Shown in pieces: positions 18,307-28,060 of a stretch of DNA of 64,000 nucleotides; within the stretch, counting starts at the first letter, position 1, and each line of letters begins with the position of its first letter. The position numbers were made by a program, and so were the translations under genes. Origin of the DNA: a virus; IMG/VR virus record IMGVR_UViG_3300022839_000011, positions 24,701 to 88,700 of that record; one strand, written 5' to 3'. The notes under the pieces were generated by a model. That model was given only the letters and a program-made list of their open reading frames with translations, was not told the DNA's origin and did not search any database.

Positions 18307-19290
18307 TTAGCGTTTGGCAAGTGACTTGAAAAATTCCATATCTTCGTCATCTTCAACAGAGTTTGTATCGTATGAAGATTTGTCTTGTGTAGCATTGCTT
18401 TCAAATGAAGATTTTGCTTGCACATTTTCTTTTGGTTTGTCTTCTTTAGATGAAGTTGCAAATCTAGACATATCAACACCTTCATCTTCTTCCGCAGATT
18501 CCGACATTTCTTTGCTGCGCGCATTTCCATTAAGATTCAACACCCGCTGTAGCTTTTCTTTAAGCTCATCGTATGATTTGAACTGCTTGGGATCTATTAC
18601 TTCTTGTAGTGAATGTACGTTGGTAAGTTTGGTTTCATACTCGCCATCATTATCAAAAAGCGATGCTAGATCAGCAAAGTCTGATTTGTCGTAGTTTGGA
18701 TAGCCTTCCACCTTACGTATTTTTAGACGGAAGTTTGCACCATTACCCCAAAGATCAAACGGGTCTACCGCTTTTTCGCCTTCGAATTCCGGATTTGGGG
18801 CTTCTTTTAGCTTATCAAAGATTTTCTTGCCATATTTAAACAAGAACACTTTACCCTCATTTTCTGGTTTTGCAGCATCAGAAACAACATAAACATTAGA
18901 GACGAAGCTTAGTTTGCGTTTTTGCTTTCGCGCCTGTGTACGTTCGGCTGACTTGTCATCCATATTTGAATTCCAAAGATCGCTGTTCATTTCATTAACT
19001 GGGTCGTCTTGCTTTAGAGTAGATAGGCAATTTTCGATGTACCATTGTCCTGTTGGACCTTGGAAGCCATGACTCCAAAGGCGTACAAAAGGAATATCTT
19101 CATCTTCTGGTGCTGGTAAAAATCTAATTACGGCATAACCATTCCCTGCCGTGTCAGTTGTGGGCTTCCAATATTTTCCTTCATCAGGATTTGAATAGCC
19201 TTTAGAGGAAACATCCTCCAACTGTTTGTTCAGCTTATCAAAAGAGCTTGAACGGTTCTTTTTTAGTTTATCAAAATTAAATGCAGCCAT
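18307..19290 (-). CDS. 32: gp32 single-stranded DNA-binding protein
   Basis: GNGYAVIRFLP, HGFQGPTGQWYIENC, RKLS, YGKKIFDK, NYDKS, acidic tail. Confidence 0.97.
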   Translation of the reverse strand: MAAFNFDKLKKNRSSSFDKLNKQLEDVSSKGYSNPDEGKYWKPTTDTAGNGYAVIRFLPAPEDEDIPFVRLWSHGFQGPTGQWYIENCLSTLKQDDPVNEMNSDLWNSNMDDKSAERTQARKQKRKLSFVSNVYVVSDAAKPENEGKVFLFKYGKKIFDKLKEAPNPEFEGEKAVDPFDLWGNGANFRLKIRKVEGYPNYDKSDFADLASLFDNDGEYETKLTNVHSLQEVIDPKQFKSYDELKEKLQRVLNLNGNARSKEMSESAEEDEGVDMSRFATSSKEDKPKENVQAKSSFESNATQDKSSYDTNSVEDDEDMEFFKSLAKR

Positions 19291-19356
19291 AATGGCATAT
19301 CTCCTATATTTTACGATTTTTTGCGATTTTTTTAATAGTATTGCTTATTAAGCAAC
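19291..19356 (-). promoter_or_regulatory. gene 32 late promoter and candidate autoregulatory operator
   Basis: TATAAATA (19349-19356), hairpin TTGCTTAATAAGCAA, A-rich AAAAATCG repeats before SD AGGAG. Confidence 0.55.
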
Positions 19357-19448
19357 TCTATTTATACATCAATGACATGCTCTGGATTCTTTTGGCATGT
19401 TGATTTTTCTATATTACAGAAATAGTGTTGTATTGTCAACACACTTTT

Positions 19449-19709
19449 CTAAAAAAGTGTGTTGGATTTTTTTATATCTTTTTTTACCATTCTTAGCACG
19501 ATTCCCTCTTCTTTTATTTTTTCACATATCAGTGAGGATTTCTTGACAATTTCTGCTAAGGTTTCAATTTCCATATTTTCTTGTTTCGCATATAGTACCA
19601 AAGCATCTATATGCGAAACACCTTTAGATAGCATATCAGCAATATCGTGATGTACTCTTTCCGGTGTTTTTGAAGCTATAAGATTTGCATGGTCTATCAC
19701 GCTGGTCAT
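19449..19709 (-). CDS. 33: gp33 late transcription co-activator
   Basis: IDALVLYA..NMEIETLAEIV..EKIKEEG..L; located upstream of 32. Confidence 0.75.
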   Translation of the reverse strand: MTSVIDHANLIASKTPERVHHDIADMLSKGVSHIDALVLYAKQENMEIETLAEIVKKSSLICEKIKEEGIVLRMVKKDIKKSNTLF

Positions 19710-19906
19710 CCGTTTAGTACCGTGATAGTAGATAGCCAGTTTTCAGCATAATGTTTGGCGGTATTGATGTCATTTATAGAACTTCCTGTTCTTACGTTGA
19801 CGCCACTTGAAGAATAACATTCTACAGTGAATACCCCATCATTTTCATGAATTTCTGCTCTATGCCCAGAGCTGGAGGATTCTTTAAAAAAAGTTTGTAT
19901 TAGCAT
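19706..19906 (-). CDS. hypothetical protein (start at MLIQTF)
   Basis: SD AAGGA; AKHYAENW end resembles 19917..20123. Confidence 0.55.
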   Translation of the reverse strand: MLIQTFFKESSSSGHRAEIHENDGVFTVECYSSSGVNVRTGSSINDINTAKHYAENWLSTITVLNG

Positions 19907-19916
19907 TTCATTTCCT

Positions 19917-20123
19917 TCATATAATTGCCCTATTGCCGTTCGCCCAAGATTTTGCAGCATTTACTACCAGTACAAACGGGCATTCCACATATTTTTCTGT
20001 GTGGAATTTTACACCAACATCATCAAAAAATGATATTGTGTGTGGCCCATCACCATTGATGGATGCGCTATAGCCATTTTCTTTTGTGTATTTTAGTTGT
20101 GAGTTTTCGATATCAGACATCAT
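19917..20123 (-). CDS. hypothetical protein
   Basis: SD and sigma70-like promoter upstream. Confidence 0.55.
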   Translation of the reverse strand: MMSDIENSQLKYTKENGYSASINGDGPHTISFFDDVGVKFHTEKYVECPFVLVVNAAKSWANGNRAII

Positions 20124-20233
20124 GTCTTTCCTTTAAATATTTCTGTGGGGGTTTATACTTTGCATTTGTTAATAAATGCATATGATGTATTAATGTAACA
20201 CTTAGCGGGTTACATGTCAACTATTAATTTAGC

Positions 20234-20785
20234 TTATTGCCAATTATTTTCTTCTAATTCTTCAAGAAATATTCTAACCATATCAAAGCAAACGATTGCT
20301 TCATCAGCAAGCCCATCATGAAGTTTGCTACGGATATTTGCCTTTAATGAATCCAAGTCACCTTCGAATTGGTATCTAAGCGCAGAACCGAAAACAAATC
20401 TTTTCAATATTTGGCCACCAGAAAGATCGCCCATATGATGTACATATACGTGTGAAAGAAGTTTTTCTGCATCACCAGATATACTCAAAATATATTCTTG
20501 GTAAGCTACCGTCGAATCAAACGGAGTTGGAATTTTAAAACCATGTAGTAGTTCTAATTCTTCCAAATCTTTCATTATCGGTATGGATCGTTTTACAGCT
20601 TTGATATCTTCAAATATTCCGAAATTATGTGCATGTTTTTCGAGTGTATCGTACATCAACCACATATTTGAAAGGTAAACATAATACTGGCCTACAGTTA
20701 TCTGGTGCTTCAGCATTTTCGTAATGAATTTTGATTTTTCTGTTCTGGTGTGATGAACTTTTGTTAGTTCTCTTAAATTACTCAT
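20234..20785 (-). CDS. hemO: heme oxygenase
   Basis: LRELTKVHHTRTE (proximal His) and HVYVHHMGDLSGGQIL signature; ATG 20785. Confidence 0.92.
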   Translation of the reverse strand: MSNLRELTKVHHTRTEKSKFITKMLKHQITVGQYYVYLSNMWLMYDTLEKHAHNFGIFEDIKAVKRSIPIMKDLEELELLHGFKIPTPFDSTVAYQEYILSISGDAEKLLSHVYVHHMGDLSGGQILKRFVFGSALRYQFEGDLDSLKANIRSKLHDGLADEAIVCFDMVRIFLEELEENNWQ

Positions 20786-20799
20786 TACTGAAATGTGGT

Positions 20800-21102
20800 C
20801 CTTTTTATTAAAGTTGGGACTTGGGTAATACGGCGTCCCTGACCGCAAGAGATTATGCTGCTAGGCGCATCTCTGGTTTTGCATTAGTATTTGCATTTAG
20901 TGTTTTATTCGCGTTAACCCAGCTTATATCGGGGCAACTCCATCCTGCTTAGTCCGTTTGTCGATCCCATTTCATCCCCAGCATAGATACATTGTTACAC
21001 TCATTTAAGAATAATGATATTAAAATATCACCAATGTATCTATGGTGGAGATGTCGGCTTCGAAGCCGAGTCCAAACCGTATTCAGTGAACTTCAACGTC
21101 AC
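20800..21102 (-). ncRNA. ssrA: circularly permuted two-piece tmRNA; tag ANTNAKPEMRLAA (20853-20894); outer ends approximate
   Basis: Acceptor piece ends ..CATCTCCACCA (21043); intervening segment with TAGATACATTG/CAATGTATCTA stem; coding piece starts GGGGATG (20979); G3-U70 pair; tag ends LAA. Confidence 0.93.
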
Positions 21103-21107
21103 GTAGT

Positions 21108-21115
21108 TATTTATA
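21108..21115 (-). promoter_or_regulatory. late promoter driving tmRNA (and possibly hemO)
   Basis: Exact TATAAATA. Confidence 0.75.
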
Positions 21116-21168
21116 CAAAATGGTGGCTAACCTATGGCCACCGCGTGTTTAAGAAACAACCTTTTTTA

Positions 21169-21765
21169 TCAGAAAGTTAGATTTAGAGATAGCTTTGCAT
21201 TTGTGCTTTCTAGGCCATCATCAAAGCTGCGAACCAGACTTGGTGTCAGTGTAACTTTTGATGCAACGGTTACTGGCACACCAACTTCCAGATATCCGCT
21301 TGTGCGTGACCAATCATTGCTGATATTCCAAGTATAACCAACTTCACCAAATACTGAAATCTGGTCATTTAGTGTATAGGTAACACCAACAGATGGGTCA
21401 AAAGAAAAATCGCCACTTGAAAGGTTGTTATTTGCAGTGGAGTATTCCAACCCAACTGTACCATACGCAACGGTCTGATCGGCAACCGCAATTGCAAGAT
21501 TATATTCACCACGAAGACCAATGGTGTCAGCATCAAGATTGTAGTTAAGTGCAGCACGAACTTCTGCATCAGCAGAACCCAATGAATGTGCAAGCCCAGT
21601 AACACCGACTTCAAAATCTGTTAGTGCATTTTGATTAGCGTCAACAGTAAAATCCATCATTCCAGAGTTTACAGTAAGGCCAAAGGTGGCATTATCAAAA
21701 TCATTCGCCATTGCAGATGTGGCCGTACCAAACATAAGTGCGATTGTTGTAATTGTAGTTTTCAT
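21169..21765 (-). CDS. outer-membrane beta-barrel protein
   Basis: Signal peptide ending AMA, alternating beta strands, terminal Phe (LSLNLTF). Confidence 0.8.
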   Translation of the reverse strand: MKTTITTIALMFGTATSAMANDFDNATFGLTVNSGMMDFTVDANQNALTDFEVGVTGLAHSLGSADAEVRAALNYNLDADTIGLRGEYNLAIAVADQTVAYGTVGLEYSTANNNLSSGDFSFDPSVGVTYTLNDQISVFGEVGYTWNISNDWSRTSGYLEVGVPVTVASKVTLTPSLVRSFDDGLESTNAKLSLNLTF

Positions 21766-21841
21766 TTTATTTCCTTAAATTATATAAGTACCCCATAATT
21801 GAGATACGATGGTTAGTAAAATTATTAGTGATTTGGCAGAA

Positions 21842-21976
21842 CTACATTTCAAGCTTCAAAGAAGTTTTACTTAGTTTGTTCATTTCTTCACGAGATGGCA
21901 TAACCTCGTCCCAAACAGAATCAACTTTAGTTGGAGGCGTGATGTTTTCCTTTTTAGATGCATCTTTTTTTGTCAT
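21842..21976 (-). CDS. 44-aa peptide homologous to the C-terminal tail of the ADP-ribosyltransferase (not in ORF track)
   Basis: SD AAAGGA; MTKKDASKKENITPPTKVDSVWDEVMPSREEMNKLSKTSLKLEM. Confidence 0.7.
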   Translation of the reverse strand: MTKKDASKKENITPPTKVDSVWDEVMPSREEMNKLSKTSLKLEM

Positions 21977-22024
21977 GTTATAGTCCTTTCTAAGGGTTAA
22001 TTATAACTATAAACGAAATAGATG

Positions 22025-24172
22025 TCAATACTTAATTTTCATCTTAGACAACTGCAATTCTTTCATTTTTTCGTGCGACAATAGGGTTTCATCCCATACA
22101 GTTTTGGCATCTTTGCCAGTATTGACTTTTGTGGTGTCTTGTACTTTAGCCTCAAACAACATTTTAAGTTCGCTTGGTCCCTTTTTGTATGCCTCATAAA
22201 AGCTACTTGCGCCATTGCCTGTATAAACACCAACCACAAATGGTTTAGTTTTGTTATTCAGTATTGTATGGTACACTTCGGTCAGTCTAATTCTACTAAA
22301 TGGGGGCAACATTATTTCTTTTTCTTTCGACACGCTTGAATAGTTTAATATCGGAATACACTTAGTACCTTTAGGCAAATAGATTTTCATTCGCGTAGAA
22401 TTTGGTTTGTTTCCCATTTTGACATCTGAACTTAATGAGGTGGATAGCCATGCGGGGTCTACGAATACATCACCTGGTTTAAAGTTTTTTTGGCTTGGGA
22501 CTTCACAATTTCGATACACCCACATATCTTCTTCCATCTCTACTGCGTATTCATTATAAAAAGCAAACATGGCATCTGATCGGGGGTCCAATATGAAATT
22601 TCCATCTTTCATAGTAGCCATAGAATTTCTAAGATTTGGATTTATTGACATGAATCCAGAAGCAGTGTAACTTTTGAAAGCTCTTATGGCTTTTTCTTGT
22701 TTGGCTTCTTCCACAGTCAATTTAGATGTGTCTATACTGTTCAAAACACCTTTAAAAATATCATCGAATTTTTTGTAGCCTTCGTTATTTTTTACTACAT
22801 CTATTTTTTTAGAAATGTCTTCGTTAAAATTCACAAATCCGATTGTTCCATCATCCCATTTGGTATCATTATCAGATTTGAAAGCTTCGTTTGTTGTGCT
22901 AATAGCAAATGGCATTTCAAGAACTTTTGCGGACAGAACTTCTCTTTCAAATTGTGTATTTGAAGGCGAATTGTTATCTATTTTCTTCAATTCTTTTAAC
23001 TCTTTAGAAGCCAAATTCGCTTCATATACAGGCATATCTATAGCATCGTTCAATACTTTTTCCCACATTGATTTATTTTTAACACCAACTTTTATTAATC
23101 CATTATCATTAGCCAATCCCATATTAACTATAACTTTTTTCATAGAAGGCGAAATTTCATAGTCATAAACTTGTTTAAATGCTTTTTTGAGATATTTTAC
23201 AACATTAGGATTATCCATCTTTTTTTCTGTCTTACCCATTTTAATCAAGGTATCTAATGTATATGGGTTCATTCTAGTTTTTATTAGGCCAGCAATTGGT
23301 ATGTTATTAGCATCAATTTGGTCATTTGGCGAATAATTTAAGTTAAACTTACCAAGCGGAACTTCTTCAACTTTATCACCAACAACTTCTTTATTTCCTA
23401 ACAAATCAACAACATTGCTGCCGCCTTTGCTCTGAACAGCTTTATTAGAAATGTCATCTATAAGTTTTATATCCGAACTGGCAATCTCATTTCCCAAATC
23501 TAATTTTTTGAATGCAAACAACTTGCTTGGTTTTGTACTCACAGTCTCTTTTTGTCTTTTATACGGGACAGCAATTGTTTCCAAATTTTCACTTGACACG
23601 ATATCTTGTATGTCCATTCCGGTCGGATCAAATTCGAAGTGTTTTGTGAATACAACAGTTTTGAATATTGTTTCTGGTTTGACACTTTTCTTGGTGACAA
23701 AGATGTAATTTCTTGCACCATCTGAAATCTTTTTGACTGGAACTACCCTAAATGTTTGGATGTATGTTTTTTTGATTATTTTTGTTAGAAGACTTTGGTA
23801 TCTTTCTGACCCTGCTTTACTTGGTATGTCAATAATAATACCATCCATTCTATTTTTTATAAATGGATACGAAGCCTCCATGAATTTTAGAAATGTTGCC
23901 AATACTGGTCGGATGTCTGCTGGGGTTTTAAATGACCATGTTCTTTTCTTGACATTCACAATACGATATAGTTCTATCATGTAAACTTTGTCATATGTTG
24001 TCTCTACCAATGACATACCGTAATCGGACCCATTGATAGAAGCAGAAGCATAAATTTGCTTTGGCAGCATAGTATCTTCGGTCATCTGAAACTCAACAGC
24101 GGTGTTAAGTGACTCAAAGAATAATTCTTGGTCTTTGAAATTGATAAAAGACTTCATGTAACTGCGCTCCAT
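22025..24172 (-). CDS. alt: Alt-like virion ADP-ribosyltransferase
   Basis: R-S-E triad: VYRN, WLSTSL, KEKEIMLPP; YTASGF.SINPNLR; MKSF capsid-targeting-like N-terminus; late promoter 24189-24196. Confidence 0.85.
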   Translation of the reverse strand: MERSYMKSFINFKDQELFFESLNTAVEFQMTEDTMLPKQIYASASINGSDYGMSLVETTYDKVYMIELYRIVNVKKRTWSFKTPADIRPVLATFLKFMEASYPFIKNRMDGIIIDIPSKAGSERYQSLLTKIIKKTYIQTFRVVPVKKISDGARNYIFVTKKSVKPETIFKTVVFTKHFEFDPTGMDIQDIVSSENLETIAVPYKRQKETVSTKPSKLFAFKKLDLGNEIASSDIKLIDDISNKAVQSKGGSNVVDLLGNKEVVGDKVEEVPLGKFNLNYSPNDQIDANNIPIAGLIKTRMNPYTLDTLIKMGKTEKKMDNPNVVKYLKKAFKQVYDYEISPSMKKVIVNMGLANDNGLIKVGVKNKSMWEKVLNDAIDMPVYEANLASKELKELKKIDNNSPSNTQFEREVLSAKVLEMPFAISTTNEAFKSDNDTKWDDGTIGFVNFNEDISKKIDVVKNNEGYKKFDDIFKGVLNSIDTSKLTVEEAKQEKAIRAFKSYTASGFMSINPNLRNSMATMKDGNFILDPRSDAMFAFYNEYAVEMEEDMWVYRNCEVPSQKNFKPGDVFVDPAWLSTSLSSDVKMGNKPNSTRMKIYLPKGTKCIPILNYSSVSKEKEIMLPPFSRIRLTEVYHTILNNKTKPFVVGVYTGNGASSFYEAYKKGPSELKMLFEAKVQDTTKVNTGKDAKTVWDETLLSHEKMKELQLSKMKIKY

Positions 24173-24203
24173 ATTTTGTTATTAAAGCTATTTATAAGAT
24201 GAA

Positions 24204-24653
24204 TTATCTAAGTTTAAATTCATCTCTTGTTACACCAAATACGTATTGATCTACCATGTCACCATTTTTGTCCAAAAACGATTCTGACAACACGCCTTCC
24301 TGCTTCCAACCTATTTTGTTTATCATGCGGACAAACTTTTTGTGTGGACTAATTCCGTAAATTTTTCGCAGCGTTTTCATATTTTCAAACATATAATCGG
24401 TTAGATATATCGCAGATGTTAAAGCCTGTTTTGCATTTTTGGTGTCTGAAAACACATTAAGTTTTGCAAGCCAAGGCGTCTCTGGCATCATGTAAAAAAC
24501 CATATCATCTTTTTCAAGTGGAAATGTGATGTTGTTATCCATATCCCTTAACATATCTATAAATATTTCATCTTTTGTCTTGTGTGGGCATTGCATAATC
24601 CATGGATCTATTTTTGCGTGGATAATTTCATATATATGATTGTTATATTTCAT
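24204..24653 (-). CDS. GNAT/RimJ-like acetyltransferase
   Basis: KIGWKQEGVLSESF..G.MVDQYVFGVTRDEF C-terminal motif. Confidence 0.65.
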   Translation of the reverse strand: MKYNNHIYEIIHAKIDPWIMQCPHKTKDEIFIDMLRDMDNNITFPLEKDDMVFYMMPETPWLAKLNVFSDTKNAKQALTSAIYLTDYMFENMKTLRKIYGISPHKKFVRMINKIGWKQEGVLSESFLDKNGDMVDQYVFGVTRDEFKLR

Positions 24654-25141
24654 CCAGAAAATAGCTCTTCTAAACTCATGACAGTGCCGATAGGGTATTG
24701 ATATCTTGTATTGACAATACCGACGCCCAATTTACCTGAATATGTTACTGTGTAACCTTGAATAATTTCTGCCAGCTCGCACACTATAATTGTTTCGCAT
24801 TGTTGTACATTTTGATACCCCATCAAAATGTTATTGCCATCAATCGAACCAATTAAAGAACCTATCACCACTCCAGCAAACGCACCACCATCGTCATTGG
24901 TCGCCAATTTACCTAAAACGCCACCTATGATGGCACCAGCAAGAATGTCACCATTACTAGAACGGTTATTTTGGTACACCGGAATACTTACGTCATAACA
25001 TCTTGTTTCTGGAACTTCGAGATGCCCTATCGTGTAATTGGGCGCTACTTCCATTATACGAACAAAAGTAAATGCATCAAATGCATTTACTTTTGTTGCA
25101 AAAATACATAAAGTAGCGATTGCCGATATTTTTTTAAACAT
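24650..25141 (-). CDS. glycine-zipper 2TM secreted protein
   Basis: Signal peptide; GAIIGGVLG..GAFAGVVIGSLIG. Confidence 0.7.
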   Translation of the reverse strand: MFKKISAIATLCIFATKVNAFDAFTFVRIMEVAPNYTIGHLEVPETRCYDVSIPVYQNNRSSNGDILAGAIIGGVLGKLATNDDGGAFAGVVIGSLIGSIDGNNILMGYQNVQQCETIIVCELAEIIQGYTVTYSGKLGVGIVNTRYQYPIGTVMSLEELFSG

Positions 25142-25156
25142 TGTAATTTTCCATTC

Positions 25157-25807
25157 TTAGTATTTCACCTCGCAGTTATTTTTTACTACAAATCCTATGC
25201 GATGTGGTTTCAAAAATCCATCAGCATCATCATAACTTTCGATATAAGAATACCCTAATTTTTCATAATTAGCAATCAAATAATGCTGGTCTGACCAAAT
25301 AGGAATTAGCACATCATAATCTGGGTCTGGCGTTTTTCTTAAATGCACTTCGATAATTTTTTGATCTATGAACTCTACATTTATATCATCGACGTCAGTA
25401 TGCAATTGATTAAAAATTTCACCTAACGCAAACTTTTGATTTTCACATCTAGACCATTTATTGAATCTTGGTAAATTATTTTCATTTCTATCTGCTTCCC
25501 AACAAGACACATCGCACCAAACACCATCTATCCATTTGAAGCACACCGAATATTGTGTTCCCGAAAACCATTCTGACCAAAAATATCCGGGCGGAACTTT
25601 CGATGAGTCTCCAACATCGATATAGATTTTTTTAGCGCCTAACCCCATACCGGAAAGGTTCATTATCGGCCTTACGACATACCAACCACTGCTATGTGGC
25701 GCTATACCCGAAGGCCCGCACTGATAACCTAACGATTCAGAAAGCCATAGCTTACTGAACCATTTTCTATGCGATTTAAATTTTGTGTAAGCTTCTGAAT
25801 CATTCAT
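25157..25807 (-). CDS. ATP-grasp-like phage protein
   Basis: YVVRPIMNLSGMG, EWFSG, INVEFI..IIEVHLR. Confidence 0.55.
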   Translation of the reverse strand: MNDSEAYTKFKSHRKWFSKLWLSESLGYQCGPSGIAPHSSGWYVVRPIMNLSGMGLGAKKIYIDVGDSSKVPPGYFWSEWFSGTQYSVCFKWIDGVWCDVSCWEADRNENNLPRFNKWSRCENQKFALGEIFNQLHTDVDDINVEFIDQKIIEVHLRKTPDPDYDVLIPIWSDQHYLIANYEKLGYSYIESYDDADGFLKPHRIGFVVKNNCEVKY

Positions 25808-25844
25808 CCTTTATTTATATCAAACACCTAACTTGTCACCAAAA

Positions 25845-26009
25845 TTACTTTTTAGCATCGCCTAGTAGGTAAATTGCTGCTATTGCAAAAAACCCCAAAA
25901 AGAAACCGCCGACAGCCCATGCGGCACCACTCCGATTTCGATTTTCCGCCATCTTATGTGAAACCATGGCAAGAATACCACTAATTACCAATACAAATAC
26001 TACTTCCAT
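25845..26009 (-). CDS. small membrane protein
   Basis: Two TM segments; A..RNRS..AW. Confidence 0.55.
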   Translation of the reverse strand: MEVVFVLVISGILAMVSHKMAENRNRSGAAWAVGGFFLGFFAIAAIYLLGDAKK

Positions 26010-26013
26010 TTTA

Positions 26014-26238
26014 CTATACCTTTTCATCTGTTTTGTTGATCGTTACATTTACTTCCAACTGTTTAACTGTTGGGGGCTCAATAAAAATTTCTACCGTTGC
26101 CCATAAAAACCAAATGGGTGTCAATAGCACAAATAACACTAAAGCAATACCCCAATTTCGTTTGAATGTTTGTATTCCACCTTTAATAAGAATGTAAAAT
26201 AGCAACAGTATAACACCAAGTCCAATAATTACGTCCAT
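26014..26238 (-). CDS. small membrane protein
   Basis: Two hydrophobic segments. Confidence 0.55.
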   Translation of the reverse strand: MDVIIGLGVILLLFYILIKGGIQTFKRNWGIALVLFVLLTPIWFLWATVEIFIEPPTVKQLEVNVTINKTDEKV

Positions 26239-26464
26239 TCTTTACACCATTATGTTTTATGGCATTATGTCAATATCAATTCCAGTCTGTTTTAATCATT
26301 AGTGCTGAATTCCATTTGTCGTAAACGAAATCAGATGGTGCCGCCTTTTCTATGAATTCACGACCTTGTGCATATCCGATAAACTCTATTTCTGTATTAT
26401 TTGGCAAGGTATCTAAAATTTTGCGCAGTTCATCTACAGTCATTTTGTGTTGCCTTTACATATA

Positions 26465-27154
26465 TCAAAAGTTGAGGTGATCTTCAAAAAGAAACTCATA
26501 AAATGCAACTGGACCCTGCTTGTTTTTGTGATATTCGGCAATTACAAACTTTCCGTAAAATACCGCACCAGCATCAAGATTTAACCGATTGGTTGTCATA
26601 ATTGGGCCATTCTTTTTTGGTGTATGTCCATGCGTAAGATATAACCCTTGATTTTGGTTATTGTATGGTTCGCTATCATGCATACGATACCATACACAGG
26701 AATATTCTACCTGATTTTCTGGCGAAAGAGAATCATCATAATAAGCATGGGCAAATACGTTCTTATCTTCAATGTGGTACAGTTTAAGAAAATGCATCCA
26801 TTCAATAACATCACGTGGAATACTACTTAGTACTGTTTGATACGTTTGAGTATCATTTTGACTATAACCAGCAATATCGAGTGCCGCTTTTCGATTGTGG
26901 AAACTCGTTCCTTTTTTATAAGATTCAAGAAACATACTTTCATGGTTTCCAAGCAGACATACAAACTCCCAATTTTCTGGGGGGTTCATTACAGTTTGAA
27001 GTGCCCCATAATTATCAGGGCCACGATCAATATAATCACCCAAAAATATAATTTTTCCACCTTCTGGGTTGCAATCATACACAGTCTGTAATGCTGTTTT
27101 CAAAACACTATTACATCCATGAATGTCTGGAAAACAATAATACCGTTCATTCAT
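26465..27154 (-). CDS. Ser/Thr protein phosphatase (NinI-like)
   Basis: DIHG, GDYIDRG, GNHE, HGHTP, LDAG. Confidence 0.9.
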   Translation of the reverse strand: MNERYYCFPDIHGCNSVLKTALQTVYDCNPEGGKIIFLGDYIDRGPDNYGALQTVMNPPENWEFVCLLGNHESMFLESYKKGTSFHNRKAALDIAGYSQNDTQTYQTVLSSIPRDVIEWMHFLKLYHIEDKNVFAHAYYDDSLSPENQVEYSCVWYRMHDSEPYNNQNQGLYLTHGHTPKKNGPIMTTNRLNLDAGAVFYGKFVIAEYHKNKQGPVAFYEFLFEDHLNF

Positions 27155-27166
27155 AATATTTGTCCT

Positions 27167-27511
27167 TTAGTTTAAGGTTGAAATCGCATCAAAAAGGCCA
27201 TTGATAAATTTGCCAGTCGCCTTTGCTTCTTTATACAATGCTGCGCGCATACCGTATTTTGGCAGTTGACTGAATGGCACATGCACATCAACGTGCATTC
27301 CATCAAGGATGCCGTGCACATATGAAATGTCCCAGAAAGGAAACCCTGGGTCTGAAAGCATACGAAAACGGGTAATGCGCAAGCCTTTGGTAGTCCAATC
27401 AACCTCATCAACGCCTCCATCCTGAGCGTGGCGAGTGTTATGGTATTGCATACCGTTCACAAGACCGTTTTGCTCACCTACAGAAGGACGATTCATTGTT
27501 TCAAAAGACAT
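27167..27511 (-). CDS. early hypothetical protein
   Basis: SD and sigma70-like promoter; RMLSDPGFPFWDISY. Confidence 0.6.
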   Translation of the reverse strand: MSFETMNRPSVGEQNGLVNGMQYHNTRHAQDGGVDEVDWTTKGLRITRFRMLSDPGFPFWDISYVHGILDGMHVDVHVPFSQLPKYGMRAALYKEAKATGKFINGLFDAISTLN

Positions 27512-27541
27512 GGTGTTTCCTTTTCATTTCTCTATACAATC

Positions 27542-27570
27542 AATGTATTACAAAGAAGATATGATGTCAA
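27542..27570 (-). promoter_or_regulatory. sigma70-like early promoter (representative of many GTTGACA sites)
   Basis: TTGACA-17 nt-TACATT. Confidence 0.7.
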
Positions 27571-27585
27571 CACAATTTTTTATTA

Positions 27586-28029
27586 TTATTCGCCTGTATA
27601 GGATTTGAGCATCCATTGCATTTTTTCGTGGAACTGAATTTGCGTTTCAAGAGTCGAAGTTAATCCTCTTTCCCCCAGTTCATCTGCAATATTTACCACT
27701 TCATTAAGCTCTTGTGTCAATAACATATTATCAGAAGCTAATCGAATTAGCATAAATTTTGGGCTTGGCACTGCAATTTCATCAGAAATAAGCGAAAGTT
27801 CTGAAAATCTTTTTAGCGAGCCTGGCGCATATGAGTCTAAAGCCCTGATGTGCTCTGCATATATATCTACTGAGTTATGTAAGTTGATATAGAATTCGGA
27901 AAAGAATCTGTGATACTCACTAAAATTTTGTCCTGTAACGTTCCAATGATAATTATGCGTTTTTAGATACAATGAAAAAGTAGTTGCTAATACGACTTTT
28001 AGGCGCTCTACTAAAATTGATTTGTCCAT
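27586..28029 (-). CDS. dps: Dps ferritin-like protein
   Basis: KTHNYHWNVTG..YHRFF..DIYAEHIRAL..HEKMQWML. Confidence 0.92.
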   Translation of the reverse strand: MDKSILVERLKVVLATTFSLYLKTHNYHWNVTGQNFSEYHRFFSEFYINLHNSVDIYAEHIRALDSYAPGSLKRFSELSLISDEIAVPSPKFMLIRLASDNMLLTQELNEVVNIADELGERGLTSTLETQIQFHEKMQWMLKSYTGE

Positions 28030-28060
28030 ACTTTTCTCCTAAATGTAAATTGGTATGCTA

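Noticed and set aside
20786-20848. N-terminal extension of heme oxygenase in the ORF track
   Set aside because: It overlaps the tmRNA 3' region; the family-like sequence begins at MSNLRE (20785).
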